A stretch of DNA of 40,625 bases from a virus (Duplodnaviria > Caudoviricetes), in IMG/VR virus record IMGVR_UViG_3300034151_000034, positions 1-40,625 of that record, one strand, 5' to 3'. This document shows, piece by piece, positions 1-8,679 of the stretch. Each line of letters opens with the position of its first letter. The stretch's first letter is position 1. The translations under genes and the position numbers were made by a program. Below the pieces are notes generated by a model that had not been told where the DNA came from, ran no database searches, and saw only the letters and a program-made list of their open reading frames with translations.

Positions 1-197
1 GCATTAAGACCCCTCTTAATGCGGTCGTAACGAACGGGTAACACAGTGTTAAGCTGATCTATGGGCGGGATCACTCCACCGTTTTTTGAAGCTATGCACA
101 GAAGATTGATCCAGAACTTGAACAGCGGCAGCGGCAGGCTCTGCACCTTGGGGTCAATCACCGCGTCCTCATATAGCCGGAACCAGCGCCCGCTCAT
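1..197 (-). CDS. Phage replication initiator / replisome-organiser-like protein, N-terminal part (runs off window edge)
   Basis: Not in the ORF track. Hand translation from ATG at 197: MSGRWFRLYEDAVIDPKVQSLPLPLFKFWINLLCIASKNGG. The WFRLY...DPKVQ start is typical of alphaproteobacterial phage replication proteins, and it follows the VRR-NUC gene. Confidence 0.65.
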   Translation of the reverse strand, partial: MSGRWFRLYEDAVIDPKVQSLPLPLFKFWINLLCIASKNGGVIPPIDQLNTVLPVRYDRIKRGLN

Positions 198-205
198 GTC
201 ACGCC

Positions 206-622
206 TCACTGCACATGCAGCGTCATCGGCAACACACCCCAATCCTGTAGGATGCCGATGGCGCGCTTGTAGGTGAACGCGATGGCGTAGCCGCACCCGC
301 ACATCATGAGGTGCGTGGCGAGTTCCGCCTGCGCTGGTGATGGCCGACCGTTGCCGCGCTTCAATTCGAGAAAGCAAACCTTGCCGGGCCCGACCAGCAA
401 CCAATCCGGCCAACCGGGCTCAACGCCCATGCGCTTGAGGCGGCCCGCCGTCGCTGGCAAGCGATACTCGCCAAACGGCAAATGCACCGCTCGCCATCGC
501 GGGTTAATGAATTGCCGCAGCGTCGAGGCAACCGCACACTGCAACCGGAACTCAGCGTAACGGTTTCCCTTGCGCGTTCGCTCGGGCGCGGCGAGCCAAT
601 CCATCTGGCGAGGTGCGGTCAT
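206..622 (-). CDS. VRR-NUC domain nuclease (PD-(D/E)xK fold)
   Basis: Motif LKRMGVEPGWPDWLL...FLELKRGNGRPSPAQ. Confidence 0.8.
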   Translation of the reverse strand: MTAPRQMDWLAAPERTRKGNRYAEFRLQCAVASTLRQFINPRWRAVHLPFGEYRLPATAGRLKRMGVEPGWPDWLLVGPGKVCFLELKRGNGRPSPAQAELATHLMMCGCGYAIAFTYKRAIGILQDWGVLPMTLHVQ

Positions 623-623
623 G

Positions 624-1298
624 TCATGATTGTTTCCTCTGATTTGAATTGGTGGACGGCCCGGCGTGGCCCGCGCGGTGATCCCTTTCGAGGTTGCTCA
701 ACCACTCATCGAACGTGTTGTCGCGCTGGATTGTTTCCGCTGGCGTGACGCGGGGCGCTGCCGGTGGCACACTGGTCGCCGTGGCGTTCACTTTGGCATG
801 AGGCAAATGTGCCTCAATGGCTTGCCTCGCTTCATCGACCTTGCCAGCGCACAACAGGGCGTGGATTGTTATCAACACGCGGCCGTCCTTGAGCGGCTCA
901 ACACCAGCGCGCCACAAGCGCCACGCCTTCGTCAGTTCTTTGTATCGAAGGATGGTGATGGTGATGACGCCATCATCCGGCTCTGGCGGCGGCGCTGTTG
1001 TCGGCTTAGCTGGCGGCGGCACCGCAATCGTTGGCGCTGGCATCGCAACCACTTGCCCCCGCTTTTGCTTTTGCTGGCACACGCTGCACAGGTCGGCTAT
1101 TGCCCGCTTGCCGACAATCCAGCCCGCCTGATGGAATTTTTTGATGAGCAGATTTGGCGGGAGGTCGCCGTGCGGCATCGCTATCACCTTGATGTCCTTG
1201 CATTGCGAACACGTCAACCGCCAAGCATTGATGCGACAATGCCCTTCGCCCTGCGTAAAATTGCCGTGGCCGATAAAACGCGCCTCACGCGACCTCAC
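624..1298 (-). CDS. Hypothetical protein with two CxxC pairs (possible Zn ribbon)
   Basis: CSQC and CSVC, Pro-rich linker, 4-bp overlap with the upstream gene. Confidence 0.55.
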   Translation of the reverse strand: MRSREARFIGHGNFTQGEGHCRINAWRLTCSQCKDIKVIAMPHGDLPPNLLIKKFHQAGWIVGKRAIADLCSVCQQKQKRGQVVAMPAPTIAVPPPAKPTTAPPPEPDDGVITITILRYKELTKAWRLWRAGVEPLKDGRVLITIHALLCAGKVDEARQAIEAHLPHAKVNATATSVPPAAPRVTPAETIQRDNTFDEWLSNLERDHRAGHAGPSTNSNQRKQS

Positions 1299-2113
1299 GA
1301 GCGACTTCCGCGCTTGAGTTGTTTGGTTTCTGGCAAACCGCGATTGTAGCGCGCCAGTATCACGCGCAAGACCGCATCGCCCATCGGAATGTCATAGGTG
1401 TGGCGTTGTTCGCGGGCTTGGGTCATCAAGCTGCCGGGCGTGTATTTGCTGGCGATCACCGCCTTGAGGCGACCCCAATCAACTTTGCTGCCAAACTCGC
1501 CAAGCAACGAACCGTATCCGCGAAGGATGCTTGAGCTAGTCGCGTATGGGTCAGACGGCCAAGTCGCCGACAGAATTTGCAAAAGATCATCGAGAACCTT
1601 GGGGCCGTGCGTGGTGTAAACGGCGATCAATGCGCCGACCGCGCTGATGCTTCGACCACCCCGTGGTTCCTCGCTGCGACCGTTGGCAATCTTATAACCG
1701 CGATGCTCGACAATCTTGTTGGTTGCGACTTCGACCGGCTCGCCAGCCGTTACACGCACCCTGAACTTTGAAATCGGATCGACGCCGTACCGCAAGCCGT
1801 TGATGCCGTCGAACAGCTTGGCCGCTTCAGATGGGTTCTCGGCCTCCAGCACGATGCAGGGTACTTTTTCAGAACTTCCCCAAAGCATTTCGACAGCCGA
1901 CTTGCGGTGCTGGCCGTCAATAATGTGATATTCGCCTTTGCCGTTTGGCAACGTGACGCGGATCGGGTCAAACCGGTCAGGGTCGAAGTTGTCGGCGATT
2001 TTGCGGGCGCGTGTTTCCTTATACGCGCGTTGCGACTGAATCCAAATCACCGATAGCTGTCTGTTTGGTAGCCATTCTATTCGCTGGGTTTTTTCGCTAA
2101 ATTTTTCAGCCAT
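1295..2113 (-). CDS. ParB/Sulfiredoxin-like N-terminal domain protein
   Basis: SQR...ARKIADNFD...YHIIDGQHRK motif; GGAGGAGG RBS before ATG 2113. Confidence 0.75.
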   Translation of the reverse strand: MAEKFSEKTQRIEWLPNRQLSVIWIQSQRAYKETRARKIADNFDPDRFDPIRVTLPNGKGEYHIIDGQHRKSAVEMLWGSSEKVPCIVLEAENPSEAAKLFDGINGLRYGVDPISKFRVRVTAGEPVEVATNKIVEHRGYKIANGRSEEPRGGRSISAVGALIAVYTTHGPKVLDDLLQILSATWPSDPYATSSSILRGYGSLLGEFGSKVDWGRLKAVIASKYTPGSLMTQAREQRHTYDIPMGDAVLRVILARYNRGLPETKQLKRGSRS

Positions 2114-2837
2114 GCGTGCCTCCTCCATCGTTGTTGATGCGATGGCGCAATTCGCGCATCGCCCGTTGAGCCTCCATCAGTTGTTGATCGAAGGTTTTGC
2201 ATTGCTCGGCGTCTAATTTCGGAATGTCCAATTCGGCGGCGGCTTCGCAAATGTTGCAAAGCGACGAAATCCCGCGCTCGAAAATTGCGAGCTTGCGCGT
2301 GTGAGAAGTCGAACCCTTTTTGCGACCACCGCGCCGCTTGCGCACTTCCTTGGCAACGGTGCTGATCGCCCGCGTGCCATTGGCAACGGCGGCTATTTCC
2401 TCGGGCGTTCCCTCGGCCTTGATGGTCTTGGCGTCGCTGATGGTTTCTTTGTTGACCCCGGCAGTCTTGGCGACCTCGGCGCGGGTTTTAGCTGTCGGCA
2501 TTCCGACAGCTTGTTTTGCATACGTTTGGCCGTTTGAAAGCGTTGCGAATTTTTCCAACGCCATCGCTTTCTGTCCCGCTGTGAGATGACGGCGGTGCAG
2601 ATTGCGATCCATCACGAACGCCACCGGATCGCCGCCGCTGAATACTTCCGTGCGCGGCTCGACGTTAGCCTTGAGGCAAGCGCGATACCGATTGCGCCCG
2701 TCTAAAATCTTGTCCTCAAAGATGATGATCGGATCGTGCAGCCCGTTATCCACGATGGAATGAACAAGCCGGTCAAACTCGACTCCGTCGATCAGCGGCA
2801 GCACATTGGCCAGCGGATGAAACTCAAGCCGCGCCAT
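2106..2837 (-). CDS. ParB N-terminal domain protein with HTH
   Basis: FHPLANVLP...SIVDNGLHDPII...ILDGRNRYRAC...NLHRRHLT; HTH-like TRAEVAKTAGVNKETIS; start trimmed to MARLEFHP. Confidence 0.8.
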   Translation of the reverse strand: MARLEFHPLANVLPLIDGVEFDRLVHSIVDNGLHDPIIIFEDKILDGRNRYRACLKANVEPRTEVFSGGDPVAFVMDRNLHRRHLTAGQKAMALEKFATLSNGQTYAKQAVGMPTAKTRAEVAKTAGVNKETISDAKTIKAEGTPEEIAAVANGTRAISTVAKEVRKRRGGRKKGSTSHTRKLAIFERGISSLCNICEAAAELDIPKLDAEQCKTFDQQLMEAQRAMRELRHRINNDGGGTHG

Positions 2838-2863
2838 TTCATTTGCTGGTGTTATCATTAGCA

Positions 2864-3214
2864 TCACCGCTGGTGCCAAAATATCTTTGCCGCTTCCAAG
2901 CCCTGCGGGGTGATGACCCACACCACGCGATTGCTGCCGCGTTGCTCTCGGCGCTCGCCGCTGTCCTCAACAAGCCCCATCTGCACCAACTCCGAACGCC
3001 GGGTGCGATAGGTCGAACCGTGGTCGGCGCAGAGCCCTTCCAATTCCAGATCAGTGAGCGAACGCCTGCGCGCAAAATGCCCAAGCACTGTCGCCCGCAG
3101 CGCCGTCATTTTCGGCGCAACGCTGTCAGCCGCCTCGCGCGAGGTATCCGGATCAGACAGCCGGGTGCGTGTGAACGGCCCGAATAAATCGGGTTCTCTG
3201 GCCGAGCGGCGCAT
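2864..3214 (-). CDS. Phage winged-helix protein
   Basis: RLSDPDTSREAA motif followed by LTDLEL...RTRRSELVQMGLVEDSG (wHTH pattern). Confidence 0.6.
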   Translation of the reverse strand: MRRSAREPDLFGPFTRTRLSDPDTSREAADSVAPKMTALRATVLGHFARRRSLTDLELEGLCADHGSTYRTRRSELVQMGLVEDSGERREQRGSNRVVWVITPQGLEAAKIFWHQR

Positions 3215-3219
3215 GGTCG

Positions 3220-3465
3220 CTACTCGCTCGGGCGTTCAAACGTAAACAAGTGCGGCGGGGCACCATAGCCGCGCGCCAGTAACCCCTTGGAAATCGTTAA
3301 GTAATGTTCGCTCGGAAACCCGCCGAACTTTGTTCGCCATTGGCAGACTTGTGACGCCGACCGACGTGTCAGCCGGGACACTTCCTTAATGCCGCCGAGT
3401 GCTTCGACAACTTCGTCGAACCCTTGCAAATTATAATTCAGCTTACCGTTTGGCTTGGCAGTCAT
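3220..3465 (-). CDS. Cro-like HTH regulator
   Basis: VVEALGGIKEVSRLTRRSASQVCQWR; first gene of the leftward early operon. Confidence 0.7.
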   Translation of the reverse strand: MTAKPNGKLNYNLQGFDEVVEALGGIKEVSRLTRRSASQVCQWRTKFGGFPSEHYLTISKGLLARGYGAPPHLFTFERPSE

Positions 3466-3685
3466 GTCGAACCTCTTTTACGCGAGGCTCTATCCGCACC
3501 CACAGCGAATTGAAAATATTTTTACCGCGTCATTCGAAAAAGTAAATAACGCCACGCGTTAAATTTTCTCACGCACAGCGTGAAATTTTAACGTGTAGCG
3601 TTAAATCTGAAAATATTTGCTGTGATTAGTGTACTGCCAGTACACTTTTGCGGACAGCGCCCGAAATTTGTGGTTTCGGTCGCTC
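3466..3685. promoter_or_regulatory. AT-rich divergent control region with a 19-bp palindromic operator candidate (3628-3646)
   Basis: AGTGTACTG-C-CAGTACACT is a perfect 9-bp inverted repeat; TGAAAATATT occurs twice (3511, 3609); imperfect inverted repeat about 3557-3593. Confidence 0.6.
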
Positions 3686-4633
3686 ATGCACAATGTCACC
3701 GACACCCGAGTGATTGCCGAGCGCCACACGCCCGCCACCCGTGAAGAATGGTTAGGGCTGCGGCAGCGCGACGTAACGGCCAGCCAAATAGCTGCGCTGC
3801 TCGGGCTTCACCCGTATGTTTCGCCCTATCAATTATGGGCCGAGAAAACCGGCAAGCTCATCCCGGTGCAGGATGACAACGCCGTGCTGCGGCGCGGGCG
3901 ATTGCTTGAAAGCGTGGCCGTGTCACTGGCCGCAGAGGAAATGCCCGACGCCAAGGTGATCCACAATTCCAACAACACCTACTGGCGGGCCCGCGCGCTG
4001 CGTATCGGCGCAACGCCCGACCTAACCGTTGAATGCCCCGAGCGCGGGCTTGGCGTGGTGCAACTCAAGTCCATCGAGCCGGGCTTATTCAAAAAGCAAT
4101 ACGCCGACGGCGTGCCGCCCCTTTGGATTGCGTGCCAAGCCCTCACGGAAGCCAAGCTCGTCGGGGCCGAATGGGCAGCGGTCGGCGCGCTGCGGGTCGG
4201 GTTTAGCTGCGAGTTTGATCTTTACCCGGTGCCCCTGCACGAGCCGATATGGCAGCGGCTGGTCGAGGCGGTCGAGGCGTTTTGGCTCAGCGTCGAGCGG
4301 GACACACCACCGCTGCCTGACTATTCCCGCGACGGCAAGTTGCTGCAAAACCTGGCGGGCGCAAGCGACGGCAGCACCATCGAGTTGAGCGGCGACAACG
4401 AGTTGATGCACGCGCTGCATGAGCGCGAGCGCACCCGGCAATTGCTCGGTGTCATCGAGGCCGACGCCGAACGCATTGACACCCTCATTCGGCACAAGAT
4501 GGGCGCGGCTGAAAGCGCCTTGGCCGGTGATTTCCGCATCACGCTGAAAACCCAGAACCGTGTCGGCTACACCGTCAAGCCGTCAACGTCGCGCCCGCTC
4601 AAAGTGAAGCGTATCCGCGAAACTCAAAACTAA
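3686..4633 (+). CDS. YqaJ/lambda-exonuclease-family recombination exonuclease
   Basis: REEWLGLRQRDVTASQIAALLGLHPYVSPYQLWAEKTG, GRLLE, IGATPD, VQLK; near RecT. Confidence 0.9.
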   Translation: MHNVTDTRVIAERHTPATREEWLGLRQRDVTASQIAALLGLHPYVSPYQLWAEKTGKLIPVQDDNAVLRRGRLLESVAVSLAAEEMPDAKVIHNSNNTYWRARALRIGATPDLTVECPERGLGVVQLKSIEPGLFKKQYADGVPPLWIACQALTEAKLVGAEWAAVGALRVGFSCEFDLYPVPLHEPIWQRLVEAVEAFWLSVERDTPPLPDYSRDGKLLQNLAGASDGSTIELSGDNELMHALHERERTRQLLGVIEADAERIDTLIRHKMGAAESALAGDFRITLKTQNRVGYTVKPSTSRPLKVKRIRETQN

Positions 4634-4647
4634 CAGGAGAGCGTGTC

Positions 4648-4884
4648 ATGTCGCGAGAAAATATTTTGGATTTCAAGCCAGCAAAACCCGATGACGACAT
4701 GATTGTAATGATTGAAAGCCTGCTGCTCCGCGCCCGCGCCGGTTTGGTGCATGGCATTGCACTGATCGAGCATCAGCACGGCGATGGCGTTGCCATCCAG
4801 ATCAGCCAGTGCGGCAATTACCACTACATCAATTCGGGTGCCGCCCGGCTCGCGCATCTGCTCGCCGCTCAACAAGGGGAATGA
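4648..4884 (+). CDS. Hypothetical protein
   Basis: AGGAG RBS; operon packing. Confidence 0.55.
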   Translation: MSRENILDFKPAKPDDDMIVMIESLLLRARAGLVHGIALIEHQHGDGVAIQISQCGNYHYINSGAARLAHLLAAQQGE

Positions 4885-4886
4885 AT

Positions 4887-5069
4887 ATGGCCAAGCAAGA
4901 GCCGCTGACTTGCTCGATTTGCCAAGTTGTCATCCAGCCCAACGCCAGCGGATGGGCGGGCGGCAACAACGCCGAGCCCATCAATGAGGGCCGATGCTGC
5001 GACCGCTGCGACCAAATGGTGGTCACTCCGGCCCGCATCAACATTTATCGCCAGCAAGCAAAGGAATAG
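4887..5069 (+). CDS. Small Cys-rich (Zn-binding) phage protein
   Basis: CSIC...GNNAEPINEGRCCDRCD; AAGGGGA RBS. Confidence 0.6.
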   Translation: MAKQEPLTCSICQVVIQPNASGWAGGNNAEPINEGRCCDRCDQMVVTPARINIYRQQAKE

Positions 5070-5071
5070 TT

Positions 5072-6142
5072 ATGGCCACCGCCCGCGCCACCGCGCTCGT
5101 TGAAATCCACGATCAATTACAGGCCCGCGCCGGCGAGTTTGCCAATGCGCTGCCGTCGCACATCAAGCCGGAATATTTCCAGCGCGCCACGCTCACGGCG
5201 TTGTCGCAAAATCAAAAGCTCATCGAGGTTGACCGGCGTTCGCTGTTCAACGCGCTGATGCGCTGCGCCCAAGATGGGCTCATCCCTGACGGCCGCGAGG
5301 CGGTGCTGGTGATTTACAAGGACCGCGAGCGCGGCAGCGTTGCACAGTATCAACCGATGGTCGCGGGCATCCGCAAGCTGGTGTTGCAATCCGGTGAAAT
5401 CACCCGGTTTGAGCAGGCGGTGATTTGTGAGGGTGATGCTTGGGACTATGAGCTTGGCGACCAGCCGCACATCAAGCACAAACCCGCGCTCGACAACCGT
5501 GGCAGGCCCATCCTCGCCTATTCGGTCGCGCAATTCCGCGACGGCACGCTGAGCCGCGACGTGATGACGGTGGCGGAAATTGACAAGCGCCGCAACGTGT
5601 CGCGCGCCAAAGACGGCGGGCCGTGGGTGGATTGGTGGAATGAGATGGCGTGCAAAACCGTCGCCAAGCATCACGCCAAGATGCTGCCCATGAGCGTCGA
5701 GGCCCGCAGCGCGCTCACCCGCGATGACGATGACAACGTTCTGCCGGTGGCCGCGCCAACCGTCACACCGGAACCGGATACACGCCCGCGCCTTGTTGAA
5801 CAGTTTGACGCTCTATCTGCACCCACGGATGGCGGGACTGCAAAACAAGCGCGCGGGCGTGCCCGTAAATCACCGAGCGAAACGCCTGACCAGCCCGCCG
5901 ATGAGCGTGATGAGGTTAGTGAGGTTGCGGCGAGCAGTCTGCCCGATGGCGAACAGTTGGATTTGAAAGCCGAGCCCGCCGATGACGGTTGGCCGGGCCC
6001 CGAGGTGCCGAGCGCCGACTATCAGCAGGGCATCAAAGACGCGCGCGCCGGTCACACCGGATGCCTCAACCGCGACATCAAGGAAAACCCGCTGCGCTTC
6101 CGCGAATGGCAGCGCGGCTATAGCACCGCGAAAGGCGCGTGA
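5072..6142 (+). CDS. recT: RecT-family single-strand annealing recombinase
   Basis: ALPSHIKPEYF, SLFNALMRCAQDGLIPDGREA, GPWVDWWNEMACKTV; acidic disordered C-terminus. Confidence 0.9.
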   Translation: MATARATALVEIHDQLQARAGEFANALPSHIKPEYFQRATLTALSQNQKLIEVDRRSLFNALMRCAQDGLIPDGREAVLVIYKDRERGSVAQYQPMVAGIRKLVLQSGEITRFEQAVICEGDAWDYELGDQPHIKHKPALDNRGRPILAYSVAQFRDGTLSRDVMTVAEIDKRRNVSRAKDGGPWVDWWNEMACKTVAKHHAKMLPMSVEARSALTRDDDDNVLPVAAPTVTPEPDTRPRLVEQFDALSAPTDGGTAKQARGRARKSPSETPDQPADERDEVSEVAASSLPDGEQLDLKAEPADDGWPGPEVPSADYQQGIKDARAGHTGCLNRDIKENPLRFREWQRGYSTAKGA

Positions 6143-6411
6143 TGCGCGCGCGCCAGCCCAGCGTGATGAGCGCCGACATTCAAAAGCACTTTGAAGCCAA
6201 GCTGAGGGTGTTGGTGATTGACACGCTCGACACGTTGGAGCGCGGCGGCGTTGACCCTTGCGATGCCATCACCGTTGTTGTCAGCCCACTCATCCAAAAT
6301 CTTACTTGGATCATCGAGGCATCGGGCGGCGACGAGGCTGACGCGATAGAGCTCGTGCAAGTCGGGTTTGACGCGCGGGCCCGCACCAGAGCGCGAAGGG
6401 CCCGCGCATGA
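6139..6411 (+). CDS. Hypothetical protein
   Basis: Translational-coupling overlaps on both sides. Confidence 0.45.
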   Translation: MMRARQPSVMSADIQKHFEAKLRVLVIDTLDTLERGGVDPCDAITVVVSPLIQNLTWIIEASGGDEADAIELVQVGFDARARTRARRARA

Positions 6412-6608
6412 CTAAGACTAAGCATTCGCTGCGCGTTCAAATCCAGGAGGTCGAGCGCGAAATCAGAATGCGCCAGCAAACTTATCCGGGGCTGATTGCG
6501 CGCGACAAGATGCGCAACGGCGAGGCGGTCGAGCTGATCGAGATGATGGAGAGCGTGCTTGCGACGTTGCGGTGGGTGCAACAGCGGGAACAGGGTGGCG
6601 ATTTCTAG
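6408..6608 (+). CDS. Small phage hypothetical protein
   Basis: QIQEVEREIRMRQQTYP...MESVLATLRW pattern seen in phage early regions; ATGA overlap. Confidence 0.6.
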   Translation: MTKTKHSLRVQIQEVEREIRMRQQTYPGLIARDKMRNGEAVELIEMMESVLATLRWVQQREQGGDF

Positions 6609-6641
6609 GGCCGTGGGGGCTCAACCGGAAAGGCAGCGACC

Positions 6642-7013
6642 ATGAGCGACACCGAGAAAGCAAACGGCAACGATTTGCCAGCATCACGGCAGGCCGCCGT
6701 CGAGCAGGGCTTGGCGCTCTACCACGAAACCGCAGCCGACCGGGATGCGCTGCGCGAACAGGTGAGGCAAATGCAATCGCAGATCGCCGCCTACAAAGTG
6801 GCGCTTGAGGCGAAAGACGCGCAGACGGCAGACATGGAAAGCCGCGTTAACACCATGATGATTGTGCGCGATGAGGCGGTTAGCAGGCGGGTCGAGGTGG
6901 AAACCATTTTGGAAACCATCATGGCGGTGGGCCGCGCGTTTCAAATTCAAAACGCGCCGCTGGTGAAGCCGCGCAACGATGAGGATGAGGTGGCCACCAT
7001 TGGCGGTGCCTGA
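6642..7013 (+). CDS. Coiled-coil hypothetical protein
   Basis: Heptad-rich sequence; GAAAGG RBS. Confidence 0.55.
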   Translation: MSDTEKANGNDLPASRQAAVEQGLALYHETAADRDALREQVRQMQSQIAAYKVALEAKDAQTADMESRVNTMMIVRDEAVSRRVEVETILETIMAVGRAFQIQNAPLVKPRNDEDEVATIGGA

Positions 7014-7633
7014 TGCGATCCCCGCATGGTGCCGCCGTTGCGGCGGTGGTGCTGGTTTGCGTCCCGTTGTGGACCGGCACCACCAATGCAGCCGACAAAT
7101 GTTTGAGCAGAGGCGAGGCGCGAGCCCTATGGCCGCAACGGCACTTGTATTGGTATTTCGAGGGCTCGCAACGCTGTTGGTCCGACCGGCGACGGTCGGC
7201 CCGGCGCGCGGTGCGTGGCGGCACCTTCACCCCGTCGCCGCCCGCACCGTTGCCGCCAATCAATTCGGCTCGGGCGAATACTGGAAGCAGGCCCGATGGC
7301 GTATCGCGAACGTCAGCGGCAGAGGGCGACGGCCCAAAACCGACCTTGCTTCCAACCCTTGTGGTGTTACCCGCTGGCCTGATGCCGCCGTATCACGAAC
7401 CGCCGCCGGGCAGCGGGCCGCGTTGGGATTGGATCGAGGATGCCCGCGCAGATGCACGCGGCGTGGTTTTCTCCACGTTCCCCGGCGAGCCGCCCGACAC
7501 ATGGCCAGCCCTCACCCGCGAAACGCCACCAGCGGGCACGGGCGGGCTGTTGGTGGTGGTCGCCAGCGCGATGGCGGCGATGGTGTTTGGCTTGATGGTG
7601 GCGCGGTGGCATCTGCACCGCCTGCGAATATGA
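7013..7633 (+). CDS. Exported, C-terminally membrane-anchored protein
   Basis: N-terminal signal-like segment ending TNA-A, C..EAR..P..HLYW..CW domain, Pro-rich linker, C-terminal TM plus basic tail. Confidence 0.55.
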   Translation: MRSPHGAAVAAVVLVCVPLWTGTTNAADKCLSRGEARALWPQRHLYWYFEGSQRCWSDRRRSARRAVRGGTFTPSPPAPLPPINSARANTGSRPDGVSRTSAAEGDGPKPTLLPTLVVLPAGLMPPYHEPPPGSGPRWDWIEDARADARGVVFSTFPGEPPDTWPALTRETPPAGTGGLLVVVASAMAAMVFGLMVARWHLHRLRI

Positions 7634-7641
7634 GGTGAGCG

Positions 7642-7878
7642 ATGCTTGAGAAACGCAAGCGCGGGCGTCCGCGTATTCATCCCACGGCAACGCCACCGGC
7701 AGCGGGCCCGGTGGTGTTCCTGACAAAGAAACAGTTGGCCGAGCGGTGGCATATGTCGCCGCGCAGCCTGACGGAAAACTATCGCAAGCTCGGCATCAAA
7801 AAAATCGAGTTGAACGGGCGTTGGCTTTGCGCGTTGAGCAACGTCGAGGAAATCGAGCGCAAGAAAATCGGCCAATGA
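7642..7878 (+). CDS. Excisionase-like HTH protein with N-terminal AT-hook
   Basis: RKRGRPR AT-hook; FLTKKQLAERWHMSPRSL Xis/HTH_17-like motif. Confidence 0.65.
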   Translation: MLEKRKRGRPRIHPTATPPAAGPVVFLTKKQLAERWHMSPRSLTENYRKLGIKKIELNGRWLCALSNVEEIERKKIGQ

Positions 7879-8666
7879 ACCGCGTCGAAACCATCGCGGA
7901 AGGCGTGACGCTGTATCTGGGCGATTGCCGGGACATATTGCCGACGCTCGGCACGGTCGATGCCGTGGTGACTGACCCGCCATTTGGAATTGGACTAGAG
8001 AAAAAAACCAGCGATTTCCGAGATAGCCGCCATTTTGACGGCGGCGAGAGCTTGCGGGCATCCAAATTATATGACGACAGCCCCGCCCATGTTCGCAAAA
8101 TGATCCGCGAGTTGATGCCCGCCGTGCTGGCAAGCGCAACCCGCGCCATTATCTTTTGCGGCCCCGCCATGCTTTGGGAATATCCTGAGCCCGCGTCACT
8201 TGGTTCTGTATTTACGCCAAACGGCGCAGGGCGCACGGCTTGGGGATTTCAATGCACCCATCCGATTTTGTTCTATGGAAAAGACCCGTATTTGCAAGAC
8301 GGGCTCGGTGGCCGACCTAACTCGCACCGAGATGAGCAGCCAAACACCGAAAAAATAGATCATCCATGTCCAAAACCAGTTGCGTGGATGCGATGGGCAG
8401 TCGCGCGCGCTTCGCGTGGAAACGAAACCATCATTGACCCATTCATGGGATCGGGCACCACAGGCGTGGCCGCAGTCAATCTCGGTCGAAAGTTTATCGG
8501 GATAGAAATAGAGCCAAAATATTTTGACATCGCTTGCAAGCGAATATCCGACGCGCTGAAGCAGCCAGATTTATTTATCAAGATCGAGCAGCGCAGCGCC
8601 GAAATCCAGTTACGAATACCGCTTAACGGTGGCGGGCGGCGTCTTGAGACAGCCACCACAAAGTGA
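7875..8666 (+). CDS. Orphan beta-class N6A/N4C DNA methyltransferase
   Basis: LYLGDC, motif IV VTDPPF, HPCPKP, motif I DPFMGSGTTG, GIEIEPKYF; ATGA start at 7875. Confidence 0.9.
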   Translation: MNRVETIAEGVTLYLGDCRDILPTLGTVDAVVTDPPFGIGLEKKTSDFRDSRHFDGGESLRASKLYDDSPAHVRKMIRELMPAVLASATRAIIFCGPAMLWEYPEPASLGSVFTPNGAGRTAWGFQCTHPILFYGKDPYLQDGLGGRPNSHRDEQPNTEKIDHPCPKPVAWMRWAVARASRGNETIIDPFMGSGTTGVAAVNLGRKFIGIEIEPKYFDIACKRISDALKQPDLFIKIEQRSAEIQLRIPLNGGGRRLETATTK

Positions 8667-8679
8667 AGGATTGTTCGCT

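Noticed and set aside
3588-3604. CtrA box
   Set aside because: Spacing is TTAA-N9-TTAA rather than N7. No alphaproteobacterial LexA box (GTTC-N7-GTTC) was seen in this region either.
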